From positions 62,001 through 126,000 of the forward strand of contig MCFE01000122.1 of the NCBI GenBank assembly GCA_002104905.1: DNA of 64,000 bases, in the 5' to 3' direction. Every line of letters starts with the position of its first letter. Position 1 is the stretch's first letter. Both the position numbers and the translations under genes were made by a program. A model generated the notes under the pieces. It saw nothing but the letters and a program-made list of their open reading frames with translations. It searched no databases and was not told the origin of the DNA. This stretch comes from Basidiobolus meristosporus CBS 931.73 (Eukaryota; Fungi; Basidiobolomycota). Below, piece after piece: positions 1 to 11,966 of this stretch.

Positions 1-2218
1 ACTTGTATTTTCTGCTCATCCTGTCTCTGAGCTATTTCCTGATTTCCATGAGCCATTGCATCTATTCTATTGGCCACTGCACTTAATTGACTCTTTGATA
101 TTTTGGTATGAGCTGACAATATCCTTGCTAATACTGGTGGTGGTAATGTTAGGTTGGTCATTTGCTGGTTTTCCACCAGAGGTACCACTTTTGCTACATT
201 CTCATTTGCTTGATCATTATAGTCAGCTGGCAGCTTCACAGAGCTTCACAATTACTCATTTGACTGAGATCCTGAGGAGTCAGCATTATTACCTTTGGTG
301 GGCACACTGTCAATGTGACCTTTTTTGCACATAGCCCCACTTATTGCACAGAATATTAAAGCAAGCTGCAGTCCAGCTGCTTTTCAGCAGTTGTTTGTGG
401 TAATGTTTGGTTGGGAACCATACAACTTTGCTTTATTTTTGGCAGCATATACATGGAAGTGGGTCAGAAAAGGGGAACTAGTGATAATTGCACATGTTTA
501 TGTGATGCCACAGCTTTATTTATAATGCTTACTATAGTGAGTCATCATTGCATCTTACATTTGTGTAGATGCAATGTCTCATATACAGGACTGTATTACA
601 CTTGCATGAATATTGACAAAAAAGTAATATAACAGTGCTACTGTTGTAAGAGTCTTGGAGATATTGAAAGTGATTGGGTGACTTTCACTCAATGATTTAT
701 TGACTGTAAGAGTAATATTGATACTTTTACATGGTCCTGGCATAGCAAATATGCAAAGTAGGCTTTGGAAGGTCCCAAGAACATGTATTCAAAGTTTGGT
801 GCTGTTTAGTCAACTTCAAGAATTCTCATGCTCTGGGTACCTGATATTTTGGTGAAAATATTCCAAGTAAATCCCAACAAGGAGTTTCCACTAATATCAG
901 TAATGGGGGCCTTGAGGATTTATTAGTACTTCTTGCCAAAATCATTCTTGGATGCAACTTACCATGTACATGGTACAAGTGGACAACCATCATGTGGCTG
1001 GCAGCATATGACCTAGAGACTGTCCATATTCCAGCATTTGTTAACTGCTACATGGCATTCACATCCAAAAATGCCACCATTGCAAGGTGTCCATCTTGTC
1101 AGGAATCCACCACCATTGAGTGGAAATATTATTCAAACCCTGGATATATTCCATTAATACCCTGTCTAAACAAGCTCATGCTGTCCAACAAGTATTGTGA
1201 AGCTATAAAGTACTCTACCCAGTATCAAGCAAGCACAAACATATCAGATATATTTGATGGCAAACATTACAAACAGCAAAGAAGCAAGAGCTACTTTCAA
1301 GGTATATATGACCATGCCTTTGCCTTAGCATTTGATGAATTCTCATTAAACAAGTACTGTACCAGCAAATCCTGCTGGCCACTGATTCTCATCAACCTGA
1401 GTCTGCCACCTATCCTACTGTATCAGAGCAAGAATATGATGGTAGTCTCACTGGTATCTGGGCCTAAATCACTGTTCAACCTGGATAGCCCCCTACATCT
1501 ATTGCTAAGTAAATTTTGTATGTTTTACAGTAGGACACAAGTAGATAACACTTATGTCAAAGTGAATATTATTATCTGCATTGTGGATACCTCACCATCA
1601 GCAAAGATAGCTGGCTTTTCTGGGTACACAGAAAGGTATTGATGACAAATGTGCAAGATCTAGGGGACTTACTGCAACACTGATACCCATTATATTTATC
1701 CAAGCACCAACATTAATAAGCTTATCTTCTTATGGAGAGAACATAGAGAAGTTGGTATACAATTGCAGCAAAGCAGGCAAGCTACCATCTACTACACAGA
1801 ACATGGAAGCAAATAGAATTGAGAGACACTAAACATAGTGGGGATCCATTGAAGCAAAAGCTTTCCACAAGGGGTAATGCACTTGTTCTGCAACAGTATC
1901 ACTTCACTATTGATCAGCTTTTCATGGATACTACAAGTGAAATGAGCACTTTGAGATACCAGAAGAACTTGAAGCAATTGTTAAGATATCACAGAGTAAG
2001 TACTACCCAAAGTGTTTCTCATGAGCTCCAATTTATATTCATATGCCTATTCATCAATACAAATGCAAGGACTGGATGAACTAGATATGTATTTGTTCAA
2101 GAGACCTTCAAAAGCAACTTCTACTCTGAGTACATTGGAAGCATTATGAGCCACATGTTGACATTGTTGAAATATTCATGCAGAAACAGATCAGTAATGC
2201 CAATTTGGCACAATGACT
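1..2218. mobile_element. Decayed CACTA-like copy: partner-ORF remnant (minus, ~1-530) and transposase remnant (plus, ~890-2218)
   Basis: ORF 992..1642 carries Tnp2-type motifs (DIFDGKHYK, CWPLILINLSLPP, SGPKS). Sequence 1-530 is homologous to the reverse complement of the partner gene and intergenic region at ~57150-57720. Confidence 0.85.
642..886 (-). mobile_element. Truncated LTR of copia family A
   Basis: Begins tgttgtaagagtcttggagatattg like the LTRs at 3527 and 8919. Has a short internal deletion; homology ends near 886. Confidence 0.85.
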
Positions 2219-3526
2219 CCCTAGAATAAATGATTTCATCCTGTGGGTGGATCTGACCCAGATCTGCTGTTGAGATCCGGCAACAGGGCCATCTTCATGC
2301 CTTCAGCTGGGAATACTGACCCCTCTCACAATCTTATAGTGAGATAATTGGGGTATTCTCTAATGGTATATTTCAATGGTGCAAGGGGAGGTGGCAAACA
2401 GATATACTATTTGGTAAGTATGTATGCTAGCATAAACCATCACTAGCTGTAGGCCACCATACTGCCATTATAACACCAACAGATGTCAATATCAAGGCTA
2501 TCAAGATACTAACAAGTTTTTTTCATCTGTGGCAATTGGATGCACTGGCTGGTTGCATCTGCGCAAATAAATGTAGGCCACTACAGTACCTTAAGTATAA
2601 CATTGAAATCACATGCAAGGACCATTTGAACATTGTTGAGTTTATTTACCTATTTAGCTGTAGATTCAGCAAAACACCATCACAATCAGCTCACCCACTA
2701 CCACAACAGGTACTCCAAGTATAGGCTGAGCCAAAAAAAATGGCCTCCAGATTAATGACCCCTATATACATGCACACCAGCTACAGTTGATGTACTTCTA
2801 TCACCTCAACTTTACAACTTTTGAGTGTGATACTTGCACAGTTGCCAGATACCTTGCATTGCTGACAACATATTCATCTTACAAATATATACTAAGATGC
2901 CACCACTTTTGCCATAAATACCACTTAAATATCTGCAGAATACTCTTTGGCACTTAGCCAATATATAACTTCTCCCTGCTGATTTCTAATCCCCCTCATA
3001 GGTGCACTCTGGCTCTTGTATGTGAAATTCTGCATTCAATGCTGTGGAAATTGGCTTGTGACCAAGAGAAATCTGGCATACTTTGGTAGAGCTTTCCTGA
3101 AAAAAATTAGTTGCTTCTTGCACCTAACCAAGCTTTGCATTACTTAACTGGTTACCCACACATTGGGGCTGCTTAGCTTTCTAATGCCTTAGGCATAGGT
3201 GTCTCAATGTGCACATCTGTCCTCAGTGTTTTCCAACTCTTCCTGGCTGTCCTCCATGGACCAACTCATCACATCCATGACGGACTTGAAGGTAATATTC
3301 TTGATGAGATTGGGATATGGTAGTACCTGCAACTCTCTTTCTGATCTTGGACACTCTATTGCCTCCTATGTTTGTGTGCATTGATTGGCTATTGCCTCTT
3401 TTTCACACTCCTAACCTCCTGAATCAATTGTTTCTCTTACTTTTCATGCGTACAAATTGATTTATTCTGGCTGAAACTTCAGTTGTACCTCAATTGCCAA
3501 TTGTATTGACCTATACAAGCCTCTAT
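2219..3526 (-). mobile_element. CACTA-like terminus with transposase 3' remnant joined to the opposite subterminal region
   Basis: ccctagaataaatgattt at 2219 resembles the terminus at 54259. 2700-3334 matches 54480-55090. 3335-3526 matches the reverse complement of ~59350-59540. Confidence 0.7.
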
Positions 3527-3908
3527 TGTTGTAAGAGTCTTGGAGATATTGGAAGTGATTTGGAGATCAAGTAGATTATGTGGTTTTCACTTAATGATTA
3601 ATTGAATGTAAAAATAGTATTTATACTTTAACCTGGTCTTGGCATTACAAACATGTAGAATAGGTTAAGGAAGGTCCCAAGAACATGTGTGTAAAGTTTG
3701 GGGCTGTTTGGACAACTTTGAGAATTTTCATGTTCTAGATACCTGGTATTTTGGTGAAAATATTCTAAGTAAATCCCAACAAGGAATTTGGTCAGTATTC
3801 TCTAGGATTTGAAGGTAATGATCTAAGTGACTAAGTTAGGTGAATATTTAGGTGGAATTACAAATTTTACAACACTCCCACTCAGCTAAATGTTCATACT
3901 GACTATTC

Positions 3909-6900
3909 CTAATTTTGACCTAGATATTCAAACTTGTCTGTTGCTAATGGTTTGGTAAATATGTCTGCAATCATTTCATCTGTAGGACAGTAAACTAAGC
4001 TAACTAAGTTATTCTCTATAGCTTCACGTATGAAATGGTGTCTAATATCTATGTGCTTGGTTCTAGCATGAAAAGTTGGATTTCTACCTAATTGTATACA
4101 TCCTTGATTATCTTGAAATAAAGTAATAGGTGTTTTTTGACATAGGCCTAGATCTTTAAAAAGCTTTCTTAACCACATTGCTTCTTTTGTAGCTTCACAG
4201 GCTGCCATATACTCTGCCTCTGTGGTGGAAAGTGCTACAATTGGTTGCTTTCTTGAGTTCCATGAAATTGCTCCTTTACAGTAAAGAAAGGTGTATCCTG
4301 TGGTGGATCTTCTGTCTTCTAAATTTCATCCCCAATCTGCATCAGAGTATCCCACAAGATCTTGTTCTGAGTCCTTATAAGTGTATCTTAAGCAAATATC
4401 AGCAGTTCCATTTAGGTATCTAAAAATCCGCTTAACTGCTGCAATATGATCAGATGCATAGTTCTGATTATATTGGCTGACATCTCCCACTGAATATGAG
4501 ATATCTGGACGTGTTCCAAGCATGATATACATCAGACTGCTGACCATAGATTGATAAGGAAAGTCAGGGCTTTCAGATGGCACCAAGCTCTCTTGATTTG
4601 GTTGAGTTTTGACCAAGTTAAGGTTTGTCTCCATTGGGGTAGCTGCTGGGTTACAGTCTTCCATTTGGTACTTCTTTAGTATATCTTGAATATACTTGGA
4701 TTGGCTTAGGGTGAAAGTCTGGGTACTTCTGTCTATAGAGAACTTAATCCCTAAGTAGTAACTAAGTTCTCCTAAATCAGACATCTTGAGCTCCTTAGAT
4801 AGGCTGGATTTAGTTTCTTCCAATGTTTCTAGGTTATTGGTGGCTATAATAAGATCATCCACATATAGAGCTAATAGAACTGGATTTGCTCTATCTGGCT
4901 TATAGTATATACTATAGTCAGCATTACTTCTTTTGAAACTCAAATATTCCAAATAAGAATCTATCTTGCAATTCCAGGCTCTTGGTGATTGTTTGAGACC
5001 ATATAGTGACTTTTTAAGCTTGCAGACCAAATGGGGGTTATCTTGGTCAACAAACCCATCAGGCTGGTCCATATACATGTCCTCATCAAGTTCTTCATTC
5101 AAAAATGCAGCTTTTACATCCATTTGATGAATAAAAAACTTATATTTGGCTGCAATAGCCAATATTAAACTTGGCTACCGGTGCAAAGGTCTCAGTATAG
5201 TCAAGTCCTTTTGTTTGAGAGTATCCTTTGGATACAAGTCTTGCTTTGTATCTTTCAATTGTACCATCAGCCTTGTATTTTGTCTTGAAGACCCATCTGC
5301 ATCCAATTGATTTTTGGTTGATTGGTAATTTGACCAAGTCCCAAGTTTGATTTTCCATCAGGGCCTGATATTCCTCAGTCAATGCAGATCTCCAAAACTT
5401 TGTTTGAGGGCTATTTAGGGCCTCTTTTACAGTCTGGGGCTCATCAATATGGACTGAATAGGCATAGGCTAAATTTGTACCCTCATTGATATAGTAATTT
5501 GGGCTATTTCTTGTCCAATTTGATCTCTGGGCATTTGATACTGGAATGATCACTTCTGGGATATTCCTGGGCACTGATTCTGGCTAAACCACGGTTGTAG
5601 AGTCCTCTGGAGTGAAACATTTTCATTGTTTTGCTCTGATTCAATCCTGACAATTGGTGGACTTGAGATCAAATTTTTGTCATCATCTGATGTCATATTT
5701 TGTGAAATTTTGAATTTTCATCAAGCAACACATCCCTGGACTTGATTAGCTTCTTTGCTTTGGTAGTGTAGAGTCTATATGTCTTACTCTCATTGCAGTA
5801 GCCCAAAAATATGCATTTTACACTTTTTGGCTCAAATTTTGACTGATTTCCGGCCAGTTTTTTGGCATATGCTGTACACCCAAATATTCTTAGATGTTCT
5901 GCACTTGGTCTGTTTCCATACCATGCTTCAAATGGAGTAGAATCACAAAGTATTCTGTTATAACTCCTATTTTTACAATATACAGCAGTGGCCACTGATT
6001 CTGCCCAAAAATCATAGGATAATTTTTGATCATGGGTCATAGATCTTGCCATATCAATTATTGATCCGTTAGCACATTCTGCTACTCCATTTTGCTGTGG
6101 GGAGTATGGTACAGTAGTCTCTTGCTTTATCCCATGAATTTTGCAGAAGTGGATGAAGAGTTTTGAGGTATATTCTCCACCATTGTCAGAGCATATTTTC
6201 TTGATTTTTTCACCAGTTTCTCTCTCCACCATGGCTTTAAACTCCCTGAGCTTAGACAGAGCTTCTTCCTTTCTCTCCATGAAGTAGACCCATATGTATC
6301 TTGTATAATCATCAATAAAAGTGATTAAATGCTTCATCCTGCCTAAGGATAAATTTTGCATAGGTCTGCACAGATCTGAGAGAATTAGATCTAATTTTTG
6401 CTTAGTTTTGATTAACTCAGAGCTCTTGAGCAGTTGTCTGGCTTGTTTCCCATATATGCAGGCTTCACAGTGCTCCAAATTAGTTGGGGGATCAATTTTC
6501 ACTCCAGAAATTAGCTGATCTTTGATCATTTTACGCAAATAATCAAAATTGATGTGCCCAAATTTCCTGTGCCAAAGCATTGGTGTTTCTTCATTTAAGT
6601 TACTTATATCGGCTTCCAGATATGATAGGATATAGGTCAACTTGTATAGATTCTGCTCTCTGATGCCCAAAGCAATATGGGCACCATTTTGATCAGTGAT
6701 CCTGCATCCAGAATTGTCAAAACTGAAACTGAGTCCTTCTGCTGTGGCCTTGCTTACAGAGAGTAGGTTCTTGGCTTTTTCTGGTACATAGAGTACTTCT
6801 TTAAAGGTCAGTGTATGGCTTCCTTCACTGCTTCTAAGGTTTACTTGGATAGTTCCTTCTCCCACTACATCAAGTGTTCTATTGTCACCCATGAAAACCT

Positions 6901-8900
6901 TCTTAATTGGAATTTCTTGATATTGAGTAAAAAGTTCTTTTTGGTGTGTAAAGTGTTGAGAAGCTCCAGAGTCAATATACTATGTCTCAGAATCCTTGTT
7001 TGTGGTCATATTTAGTGCAGATATGAATAATCTATCTTCAGTTGTTGCAGCATTTCCATATTCAAGCTTCTTTTGCTTATAATCTCTCTTTTTGAGACAC
7101 CGGTCTGATGTGTGTCCTTTCCTTTTGCAGTAGTTGCAAAATATATTGCTGTTGCCTTTGTAGGGTCTTGGGTACCTCCTTTGTTGGTTATCATTGCTTA
7201 TTAAAGCATTTTCTTCTTCCGTCTTATTGGCGCTGTGGTGGTGTATAGGTCCAAGGGAGAGATATGTCCAACACTTCTCAAGTGTTTTGTGTGTGGGGTG
7301 TTCACTGGGTGCAATAACCTCTGGCAAAAGCTTGCTAGGAATACTTGGGTTCTGTTTCTAATCTAATGTGAAGGGGAATAAAGCCACAAGCTTGTCAAGG
7401 GAAAACTATTGAGCTACAATCCCCAACTTGGTTGGCGTCTTAACAAAAGTATGTGCTGGGTTCAGCGTCCTTTGAGATGACAATGTACTAAAGCTTCCAA
7501 AGTCAAAACAACTGTAAACTCCACCAGCAGGGACTTGATAAGAATGCAGCTGTGGTCAATAGTTACAAAGACAGAAAAGTATCTTTGCCTGTACAAGAAC
7601 AAACTTGGGAAAGAATCAAATATAATAAAAGATACCTACTCTGAGTATTCCTCACAAGTAGTGCCTCCAAGGTCAGTTGGCTGTCAGCGTGGTTTCCTGG
7701 GAGTGTCCTGTGGTCTAGGGTTGGAAGTTCAGGTAGCAGCAGGTAGCAGTGATCACACTAATTAACAAGTTGGTATATAGATAAAAGGGATGATGATTTA
7801 TTGTTGAGGGATAGCCTCCCTTATATACTTTTCTCACTGGCTAAGTGATTACTAATCATGGTGTTCCAGAAGGTTCCGGAGATCAATAGAAATCTTAATG
7901 ACATCAGAATGAACTAAGAATGTTCTAAGTAGGTGCTGGAAGGTTCTAAGAGGCACAGCACATCCAACCAATCAGGAAGCAGTATTCTGAAACCTGTGTA
8001 ACATGGGGATACCATATATGGTATGGAAATGGTAGGGATGGTGACACGGACTGATCATGTGTTACGGGTACTGGCGCAAGTACTTGCCTAATATAGAAGT
8101 ACTTATAGCTAGTAATCTTACATAAAGTGAGGGGTAACTTATGCAATAAGGTAAGCAGGTGTGATAGTCAACCGGCTTATGGGATAGTACTGATTGGGTA
8201 AGACAAATGGGATAAAACTAAAATAAGTGTAGTAGAGATATAGGGAAGTAGAAAATAAGGGAATGAGCACATCTGTCAGTGGGTGTCACTGTCAACCCAC
8301 TACAGCGCTTGATTTTCTTAATTCTTCATCCAGGAGCCTTTCATATACGTAATTTAAGGTCAAATCTTCCATTCTGGACTCTAGGGCTGATACAAGGCCC
8401 TGAAACTTGGCTGTCAGGCTATTCAGGATGGTAACTATCATATCCTCATCAGTAGTTGGTACGCCCACAGATTCCATCTCATCTACCAGCAGGGTAATTC
8501 TGTTGATTAGATTTTTCATTTCTTCTCCTGGCAGCATCTTTGTAGTAAAGAAATTTTGTCTCAGATACATTTCTTGGCAGCTGAACATGACTGGTAGGTG
8601 TCTTCCAATGCTTTCCAGGCATTCTTTGCCGTTTTTGTTCTTGAGCATTGAATTGGCAAATTGTCCTTGACATTAAGGTAAATGCAGTTAAAGGCACTTT
8701 GTTCTTTCTTCTGGTACTTTAAGGCTTCCTCTCCCACGTTTTTAGGAGGGCATTCTTCTCCCATGACAATATCCCAAAGTCCTCTTTCTTGCAGCAGCAT
8801 CTTCATCTTCACCTTCCACACGTGGTAGTTAGACCCATCCAACTTTTCAGCAGAGGGAAAAATTCCAGTAATAGCAGTAGTAGACATTGCAGAGAGTGAC
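3909..8900 (-). pseudogene. copia gag-pol, frameshifted and interrupted by a solo LTR
   Basis: Gag (KLDGSNYHVWKVKMKMLL), zinc knuckle CNYCKRKGHTSDRC, GAG-pre-integrase (LWHRKFGH), integrase (SDNGGEY, PQQNGVAE), RT (YVDD), RNase H (YSDADWG, TKHIDIRHHF). Confidence 0.95.
7234..8304 (-). mobile_element. Solo LTR, family L1 (1071 bp)
   Basis: TG..CA ends, 4-bp TSD GCGC at 7230-7233 and 8305-8308. The uninterrupted site aatcaagcgcaaataag is seen in the copy near 46920. Near-identical to 15202-16272. Confidence 0.95.
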
Positions 8901-8905
8901 AGCTT

Positions 8906-8918
8906 GGGGCTCATAACC
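8906..8918 (-). other. Primer-binding site GGTTATGAGCCCC (half-tRNA iMet type)
   Basis: Directly abuts the 5' LTR. Same motif at 46308-46320 and 32525-32537, degenerate at 53507-53519. Resembles the Ty5 and Drosophila copia PBS. Confidence 0.85.
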
Positions 8919-9271
8919 TGCTGTAAGAGTCTTGGAGATATTGGAAGTGATTTGGAGATCAAGTAGATTATGTGGTTTTCACTTGATGATTTATTGAATG
9001 TAAAAGTAGTATTTAAACTTTTACCTGGTTGTGACATTACAAACATATAGAATAGGTTAAGGAAGGTCCTAAGAGCATGTGTGCAAAGTTTGGGGCTGTT
9101 TGGACAACTTTGAGAATTTTCATTTTCTGGGTACCTGGTATTTTGGTGAGAATATTCTAAGTAAATCCAACAAGGAATTTGGTCAGTATTCTCTAGGATT
9201 TGAAGGTAATGATCTAAGTGACTACGTTAGGTGAATATTTAGGTGGAATTACAAATTTTTACAACATCTAT

Positions 9272-11330
9272 ACCCTACACTAACATTAAGCCCAACCCCA
9301 CACTCAATAAGTAACTCCATTAAAATCCGCCACTCAATAAGTATTTCTGCTGTAATGCTCTGGTTCCATGACTTTGGTGGGAACCCAATGGCTTTATGCC
9401 ACTGTTCATTCACTGGTTCCACATGTCCTGGTCTTCAGCTGGCACTGCAAGGTCTAGCTCCTCATCTGCCAGTCTTTGCAATAAATCCTTGCAATATTCC
9501 AGTGTGTTTTCTTGAGCACTGCTCTTGAAGAAGTGCTGCAACCTCTTGGTGTGCCTATTAATGTTCTAAAACTCCACTGAAGGCATTGTGATTGTCTTTC
9601 AAGCTCTTGACATTGTAGTCTTGTCTGTCAGTGGGATCTCCACTCCGTCAACAATGGAGGCTGTGGAGGCTGTGGTAGACAAATTGCCTTTTTCAGCAAA
9701 TTCATCTATCTGCTGGAGTGTAGCTCAACTGGTGTCATGATCACATGACAACCATGAACACCCATGCTAAGTCTCAGCTTCCTAGCTCAATTTCTAAGAG
9801 ATTCCTTCTGGAACCTTCTACCACCTTCCAGAAAGTTCCTGACCATTCCAAACCATTCTTACACAATGGAACATTGCATGGAAGCTTTCCATTGTATTTT
9901 TCATAGTCCAGTACCATATATGGAAATACCAGGTCACATGACTTAGTCACATGATCAGGTGACCCAATCCATTTCCCCATCCTGTCTCAGTGCCGTGTCA
10001 TCTATGTCATTATCCCCAGCACCATTGCTGTGCCTCACCCCACAATCCCATTAGTATTAGCTTATATCTCTCGGCATCAGTATAGCCAAAAAGTATATAT
10101 AGTCCTATCCCCCCTTAGGTATTCCTCAGTCTGATAAACACAGGTCTTGAATAAACAGCCTTGCCTTGGAAATCCACCTTGCCTTGATGATCCACACCTA
10201 AGTCCTTTCCTGGTCCTGCCTTGCCTAGCTCTACTCTCCTGCCTTGTGTCTATTCATAACCACTGGCTGCACTTCCAACTCTTGTGAAAACAGCTGTTTT
10301 CTTGTTGGTAATTCTTCTTGGCTATGTTGGGATTCAGTCTGTTCCTGGCTTGTGGTGTTAATTGGCAAGAACTGCAGTTTCTTTTGCATGCCTCCCTGTC
10401 TCAGGATTTGGTAGACATTTTTCCCTTTACCTTTTTCTTTATCACTGCATGGTCTTTCACTGCTACTTTGACTGATTTCTTCTTGTAAAGAACTATGTTT
10501 CTCCTGGACAAATTCTGCTCTGACGCATCTGTTTTGGCCTGCTTGTCCCTTTCTAGCACTCTTCTGGCAACCTGATATATCTTTTCTGCTTATTTTGAGC
10601 TCTCAACTGTAGCTGTGACAGGCTCCTGTAGAAACAGCTGGTTCTTATCACTGCCAGGTCCTTCACTGCTACTTTAACTGGGTGCTTCTTGAGAGATACC
10701 ATGCTTTTTACTTGACAAATGGTGTGCTGGTGCATCTGTTTCCCTAATTGGCACTGTTCCAGCTACCTGATGTTTCTTTGACACTTGTCTGAAGCTTTTG
10801 GCCCTGCTTGTAATGGGCTCTTGAGGAAGCAGCTGGTTTTTAGCCATTGCACCCTTTTTCTTCTGCCTTTAATAGTTTCTGCTATTCTTAAGATACTTTC
10901 TCAGCATACCCAATGCTGGCCCAAGATCCATTTGCCTGTTTGAATCCTGGATAATGCTCATGGAACAAGTCAAGTGCATTCTGCTTGGCCTCAAGTTTCT
11001 GATAGTCCCATGGTATGCTGGCCTTAAGGTGATGGTGTGCTAGACTTCTGACAGCCTCTTGAATATTAGCCCACACTTCATCATTGCACTCAATGGCTTC
11101 ACAGATCTTCAATGTCTTTTCATTTTTGGGCTTTGGTATAAACAACACATTGTCTCCCTCCCATGCTGTGAGAGGTTTTTCTGTGCGCTTTATCTTTGGG
11201 CACTGTTGTTGTGCTTCAATGACTGTACGGCATTCTTCTGCTGTTACATTGAACTACTTGAGTTCCTTCTTTGCAGCAAAGATACTGCTCTCTCTGCCTG
11301 GGATATTGAGTCAGGAAGTAAGGAGTGTGA
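9272..11330 (-). pseudogene. CACTA-like partner-gene remnant
   Basis: ORF 10888..11148 (WANIQEAVRSLAHHHLKASIPWDYQ) and flanks match the reverse complement of ~57830-59350. Confidence 0.88.
9733..10261. mobile_element. Solo LTR, family L2 (~530 bp)
   Basis: Starts tgtcatgat, 5-bp TSD ACTGG at 9728-9732 and 10262-10266. Homologous to 42792-43319. Host repeat resumes in register on both sides. Confidence 0.88.
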
Positions 11331-11966
11331 AAAAGAGGCAATAGCCAATCAATTCACACAAATGTAGGAGGCAATAGAGTGCCTGGGATTAGAAAGTGAG
11401 CAAATTGGCAGGGAACCAATCAAAAGCCACCTATATATTGTTGTGATGAGAAATTTTGACAAAGTTTTTTGTGAAATCTGGGGTGCAATTATTTTTCAAT
11501 GGTCTCTGGACAGTGTCCTGACAAGATCAGAATCCATTGTTGACAGAGTGTGTGAGTACTAAATGCAGTACCCACTCTTCACCCAGGAGTTCTCCCCAGA
11601 GTCCTACCCAAAGTCCCCCAGTATCCTCCCTATGATTCCCCCATGTGCCCTCCCTCCTATCCCTGCCCTAATCTAGTTAGAACACTTACCACAACAGGAA
11701 GGTGTTCACACCCCTATTTTATAACACATTGTCTATTATCTAAGCCCCCCCAAGTGATATATATCCACCCAACTGAACCAAGTGAGGGGACAAGAGGATT
11801 TGGACAGAATAAACACAAGTCTTTATTACCTTGCTACCTTCTATTGGAAGCTCTTTGGAACCAAGTGGTACTGACTTGACCTACAAACTCTCCCACTCAC
11901 CAAGTACAGTCAGTAGTAGCCCACATATTTGGTGCTGTCTCTGCGCAAATAAGTACAAGTGAGATA

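Larger units (their letters stand above)
3527..9266 (-). mobile_element. Full-length decayed Ty1/copia retrotransposon, family A copy 1
   Basis: TG..CA LTRs at 3527-3874 and 8919-9266 (about 94% identical by eye). 5-bp TSD TCTAT at 3522-3526 and 9267-9271. PBS 8906-8918, polypurine tract next to 3875. Domain order gag-PR-IN-RT-RH. Confidence 0.96.

Noticed and set aside
7535-7765. Same short ORF (MIRMQLWSIV..) here and at 15699..15971
   Set aside because: Both lie inside copies of the L1 LTR; the third copy does not preserve the frame.
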